Shown here one piece after another: positions 33,373 to 37,549 of a stretch of DNA of 37,549 bases (the first letter of the stretch is position 1; each line of letters opens with the position of its first letter). A program made the translations under genes and the position numbers. Location: assembly GCA_000697335.1 (NCBI GenBank), contig JNEM01012704.1, positions 1-37,549 of the forward strand. Reading direction: 5' to 3'. Origin of the DNA: Conidiobolus incongruus B7586. Taxonomy: Eukaryota. The notes beneath the pieces are model-generated. The model saw only the letters and a program-made list of their open reading frames with translations. It was not told where the DNA came from and ran no database searches.

Positions 33373-35188
33373 ATGGTAATTAAATCTCAATATACCAGTT
33401 ATCTAAGAGAATTTATTGAATATCAATTTTAAAGTCTACAGACGGATTACACGGGAGAAAAAGAGAAAAATTACCTATTGAAGTCATTGAAGCTAAAATA
33501 GCTCAAGATAAAGTTAAAATTCAAACTTATCAGAGTTTATGCCAAGAATTTTATCAACTGGTAATTCAATTGATAATAAAATATTAATATTTCATTAAAA
33601 TACTTTATGTAGAAAAATGATAAAATTTATAGTGAAAGAGGATTAGAAGTGACCAAAGAAATCATTTTATTGAACTCAGATTTTAATACTATTTGGAATT
33701 TTAGAAGAGATATACTAATTCATTTATTTCAAAATTAGTATATAAAATATTTATTGTTATTTTGACAATTTATTTATCTATTTCTTTCTTATTAGTAACC
33801 AAGATACTATTCAGGATTATCTGGAAAATGAGCTAAGATTGGTAGAAAGAGTTATTTTAATTTATCCCAAGAGTTATTGGCTTTGGAACCATCGTAGATG
33901 GGTATTAGAGTATTCTTCAAATCCCAACTGGGATATGGAATTGAAGTTGGTTTCAAAAATGTTAAACTTGGATAATAGAAACTGTAATTAATATTTTACT
34001 AATTTTTATACTATATTAACATTCAATTGTTTAGTTCATGGCTGGAATTATCGTAGACATATTATGGATCAATTGTATAAATCAAATGATGATGTTAATA
34101 AAAACGTCCAATTGCTAAATGAAGAGATCAAGTATACTACTAGTAAAATTGAACAAAGCTTTTCAAATGGGTCCGCTTGGTTTTACAGAACTAAACTCAT
34201 TGAAAAAAAATTACTTTGGAATCAGAAAGTTGACTTTGATCATGGTAATTAATTACATTTATTAATTAATGTTTACATTTTAACTTCTATAGAGTATGAA
34301 TTAGTAAAAAATGCAACTTATACTGATCCCGATGATCAGAGTGCTTGGATTTATTACCGTTGGTTAATTAATAGAGATCGGTTTTGGCTTCGAACTCCTA
34401 AGCTTTACACTTTGGCTACACCTAGCTCATTCGATATTGTGATGATTTTACAAGATAATTACTTGGATTATAGTCAACCTGTATTAAAATCATTTAATCC
34501 CGATATTCAATCACTAGAGTGGAAATTAGTTAATTTTAAAGATGAAAAGAGTCAAGTATTTAAAGCTTCCTTGAATCTTGAATTTATTAAGAATTGGAAG
34601 GGAGAAGTTGAGTTTACTATTAACATTGAAAATTGTTTAAAATTGGGATTAGATCCTAATGGTCAATTTGTCAAGAATTGGACATTCAAAATTGATGAAA
34701 ATATTGGTAAAATATATAGTAACTAATTTACAAAATTATAAGCTTATAAATCTATAGTGAATCAAACACTGCCTAATAACATTTACTATACAATCCCCGT
34801 TCAGCCTAATTTTGTTACAGCTTCAAGTTCTGAGTTAAATCCAATAGTTGAAGCCGCTAAGATTGGAAAAATTAGAATTTCTAAGGAGCTTGATGAGCTT
34901 CAAGAATTGGTTAATGAAGAACCGGATTCAAAATGTAGGTTTAACAATAATATTTCACAGTTCAATATTGACATAAGTTTTTTAAATTTAGGGACACTTC
35001 AAACCCAAGCTTATTTAAGAGAAAAACTCAATAACTATCTCAAATTATTACTTTTTGCATCTCAAGATGACAATACAAATTCTGTTCAGTTACTAGATAC
35101 TAAGCCCATCTACAGCCATTTGGAGAAGATTGATCCATATCGTAAAAATAGATATTCAGAATTATTTAACAATGCAACCCTAGTTTAA
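33373..35188 (+). CDS. BET4: Rab geranylgeranyltransferase (type II) alpha subunit, ~479 aa, 8 exons (33373-33375, 33435-33560, 33613-33737, 33796-33983, 34035-34244, 34293-34706, 34758-34934, 34992-35188)
   Basis: The spliced product has LHGRKR and PPTA repeats NSDFNTIWNFRR, YPKSYWLWNHRRW, DNRNFHGWNYRR, FSNGSAWFYR and TDPDDQSAWIYYRWL. It continues with EEPDSKW and LEKIDPYRKNRY. The 1440-bp CDS is stop-free. Confidence 0.93.
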
Positions 35189-35279
35189 ATCACCAGTAAT
35201 TTAATAATAAAATTAATCAGTAATCTATAAAATTTATTCTGAAGTCAAAGTTGCTTGTAAATTGATTAAACAAATTCAA

Positions 35280-36313
35280 TCAATGACATCTTGTACGTTT
35301 TTTAAATTGATTCACAGCTTGAAAATCAGTGACTCCTGTTCTATAATATACGCGCGGTTGATCCATTTTACCTTTGGAGTGATATATTTCAACCCCTAAA
35401 CTCTCTATTATGAAATATTCATTATTTTGCAGTGTTTTTGAATACCTGTTAATTCATCAATATGCTAATATAAAAATTAATGTTTTCAGTTGAATAGTGT
35501 ATTAATAATAAACTTAGCTTTTGGTCAGTTGCAGTAGTAAATCTCTTTTAGCTCGTTCAGCTTCTGCAATATTTTTCAATCTAGACCTAATGATAATAAT
35601 GTAATAAATAAAACATTATAGTTTTATGTGGTTACTATATTACTCTACACTAAAGTCTACCTCTTCAATGCATGTTAACATTGAAACTGAGTTGAGTACA
35701 TCTTTATTTTGTTTCTGATAATAATTAATATTTTTAAAACTATCTTTTAAAATTATTTACTGTTATTCCATTAGAATTTTTTATGTTCTTGACAATTTTT
35801 TTCATAATCATTAGAATTAGATTTTGATTTCTGCTATTTCGTCCCTTTATCTACAGGTTTCATTCTAAATCATCCATTTAATAACTATTTAATAATATAG
35901 TATTTATATACTAATACAGATGTTTGTCAACTTTGTCAAATTGAGTTTGTTGAGTAAAATTTTGATATTTAGATAATTTTCTAGCTTGACTCTCCTCTTC
36001 CCTAGTAATAAAAAATATATAATTGATATTAAAAACAAATTTTAATTTACTAGTTTAATTTTCATTTTTTTCTTGAAAATTTCTTCCTCTTTTATAGTTT
36101 CAATTTGGGTACCCTTTACACATTATTTTAATTTCCTCAACTTTAAAATATTTGAAATAATATCAATCAATTGATAATCAATATAAAATTTATATATTAT
36201 CAAACTATTTCCATTATTTTAGATATATCATCAGAATTTATTTTTTTGAGTTTGTTTTTTCTTAAATAATTATTTAATTTTCTGAATTTAATAATAATTT
36301 CTGACAATTCCAT
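35280..36313 (-). pseudogene. Tls1 / C9orf78 (HCA59)-like splicing-associated gene, multi-exon, apparently disrupted
   Basis: Minus-strand exon fragments NFTQQTQFDKVDKHL, SVSMLTCIEEVDFSVE|SRLKNIAEAERAKRDLL and VTDFQAVNQFKKR match the family blocks (FTxQT..DVDKHM, MLxxIPEVDLG..RLKNIxxTExAK, ATD....FKK) in order. There is an in-frame TAA at 35514-35516, and I could find no stop-free splicing path across 35850-36205. The 5' boundary is uncertain. Confidence 0.55.
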
Positions 36314-36399
36314 TATTTTTTATATAATAATATATATTAATATATAAAATAAATAGATATTCTTTAGTTTTATATAACTTAAAATTTAATTATCATTGA

Positions 36400-37549
36400 T
36401 CTTTAATTCATTATTATTACTTTGTAATTTTAATAATAGGAATTTTTTGTGATTAAAAATAAGTAAACATTTTAATATAAAGTATATAAAAATAATAAAT
36501 ATAAAATTAATAGTTTTTTTTATTAAAAATTTTTTTATATTTTTAACAGATTTCTAACATTTAAAAAATAATCCTTATTATTAAAAATTAAAATTTTAAA
36601 GATTCCCCTATTTTTATATTGCATTAATTTCAGTTACACTAATATTATATTCAAGTGTTCTAAAAATTAATTTAATTAAACTAATTATATATATAAAGTG
36701 ATAAATATTGACAGTAGATTATTATTATAATCTTAACATATATAAAGATATTAAACTTAATCAATAATCTTTAATTAAAACAACTATTGTTTTTGTTTTT
36801 ATTTTTGTTTTTATTAATTATTATTTTTTAACCTAATAAAGTTGAATAATTCAACTCCTAATAAATTACTTAATATAATATTTAATATAATTATAATAAA
36901 GTTTATGATTATAATATTAGTCAGTTTATATACCATCAGATTATCTATAATAAGCTTAGTTATGTTTAACACTATAATGATAGTTATATATAATTATATT
37001 ATTAACATAATTAATAAAGTTAAAAATTAGTAAAGTAAAATACTTTTATAATTAATTAAAAGGGATAAATTTAGTTAATTATATAAGATAATAGTTTAAA
37101 ATCTTAAAAGCCTTGTGATTTAAACCTTTAATTATCTTATAATATTGTAGACTTATATAGATATAATATTTTCTGAAAAGAGATAAAATTCTAAGGTATA
37201 TGTTATAATAATATATATATATTAGTTAAAAACAAAAAATTTATATATACTATCTTAAGTATTTACCATTATCTCTTAAATAAATTTAAAGGATTAGTGC
37301 TCTCAAGTTTAATTTGCTATTAAATATAATTACATATGTTTTTAAAAAACTTGCTAAAAGTTTAACCCTTTATATCTTATTTTATAAAAATTTAATTTTT
37401 TATAAACTAATTAAATTTTTTTATATAAATATTTTTTTGTAAGTTAATTTTTTAATTATGTAAAGGAATTATAATTATATAAGTAATAATCTAAATAATA
37501 TATTAATTGTTATAGTTTTTTCAAGTTATTTTTAATTAATAATATTTTG
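36400..37549. other. CpG-free, TpA-rich degenerate block resembling the mutated transposon DNA at the left end; element type not identified
   Basis: No CpG seen after 35841, little CpA/TpG, and the same texture as 1-2030. The one minus-strand frame I translated gave no recognisable motif. Confidence 0.45.

Noticed and set aside
24861..36313. U2AF65, Aven-like and Tls1-like genes as an RNA-processing cluster
   Set aside because: They are interspersed with unrelated genes and nothing in the sequence indicates co-regulation.

Overview
Very AT-rich eukaryotic genomic DNA, almost certainly fungal. It uses the standard code and has short GT-AG introns of about 45-75 bp. An early-diverging lineage such as Conidiobolus/Neoconidiobolus is a guess from composition and gene style, not a demonstrated assignment. 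The left end (1-2029) holds two Tc1-family (DD34E) transposon relics in opposite orientation, destroyed by C>T/G>A transitions (RIP-like). One is full length with ~220-bp IR/DR-type ends, and both show the same -1 frame offset at an A_AAA_AAC motif. Then follow tRNA-Phe(GAA), an F-box/LRR gene, a Asn/Ser/His-rich repeat protein and NTE1 lysophospholipase. Next are two tandem paralogous 72/74-aa secreted prepro-peptide genes with an identical promoter and leader but diverged mature regions of opposite net charge and a shared WWRPRN tail. The rest contains a TGL1-like lipase, U2AF65, a ~985-aa disordered protein, a 9-exon Aven-like gene, Rab geranylgeranyltransferase alpha (BET4), a damaged Tls1/C9orf78-like gene and a second CpG-free degenerate block at the right end. 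The most promising novel items are the secreted peptide pair, the possibly frameshift-programmed Tc1 family and the RIP-like mutagenesis. All calls come from reading the sequence by eye; no searches were run.
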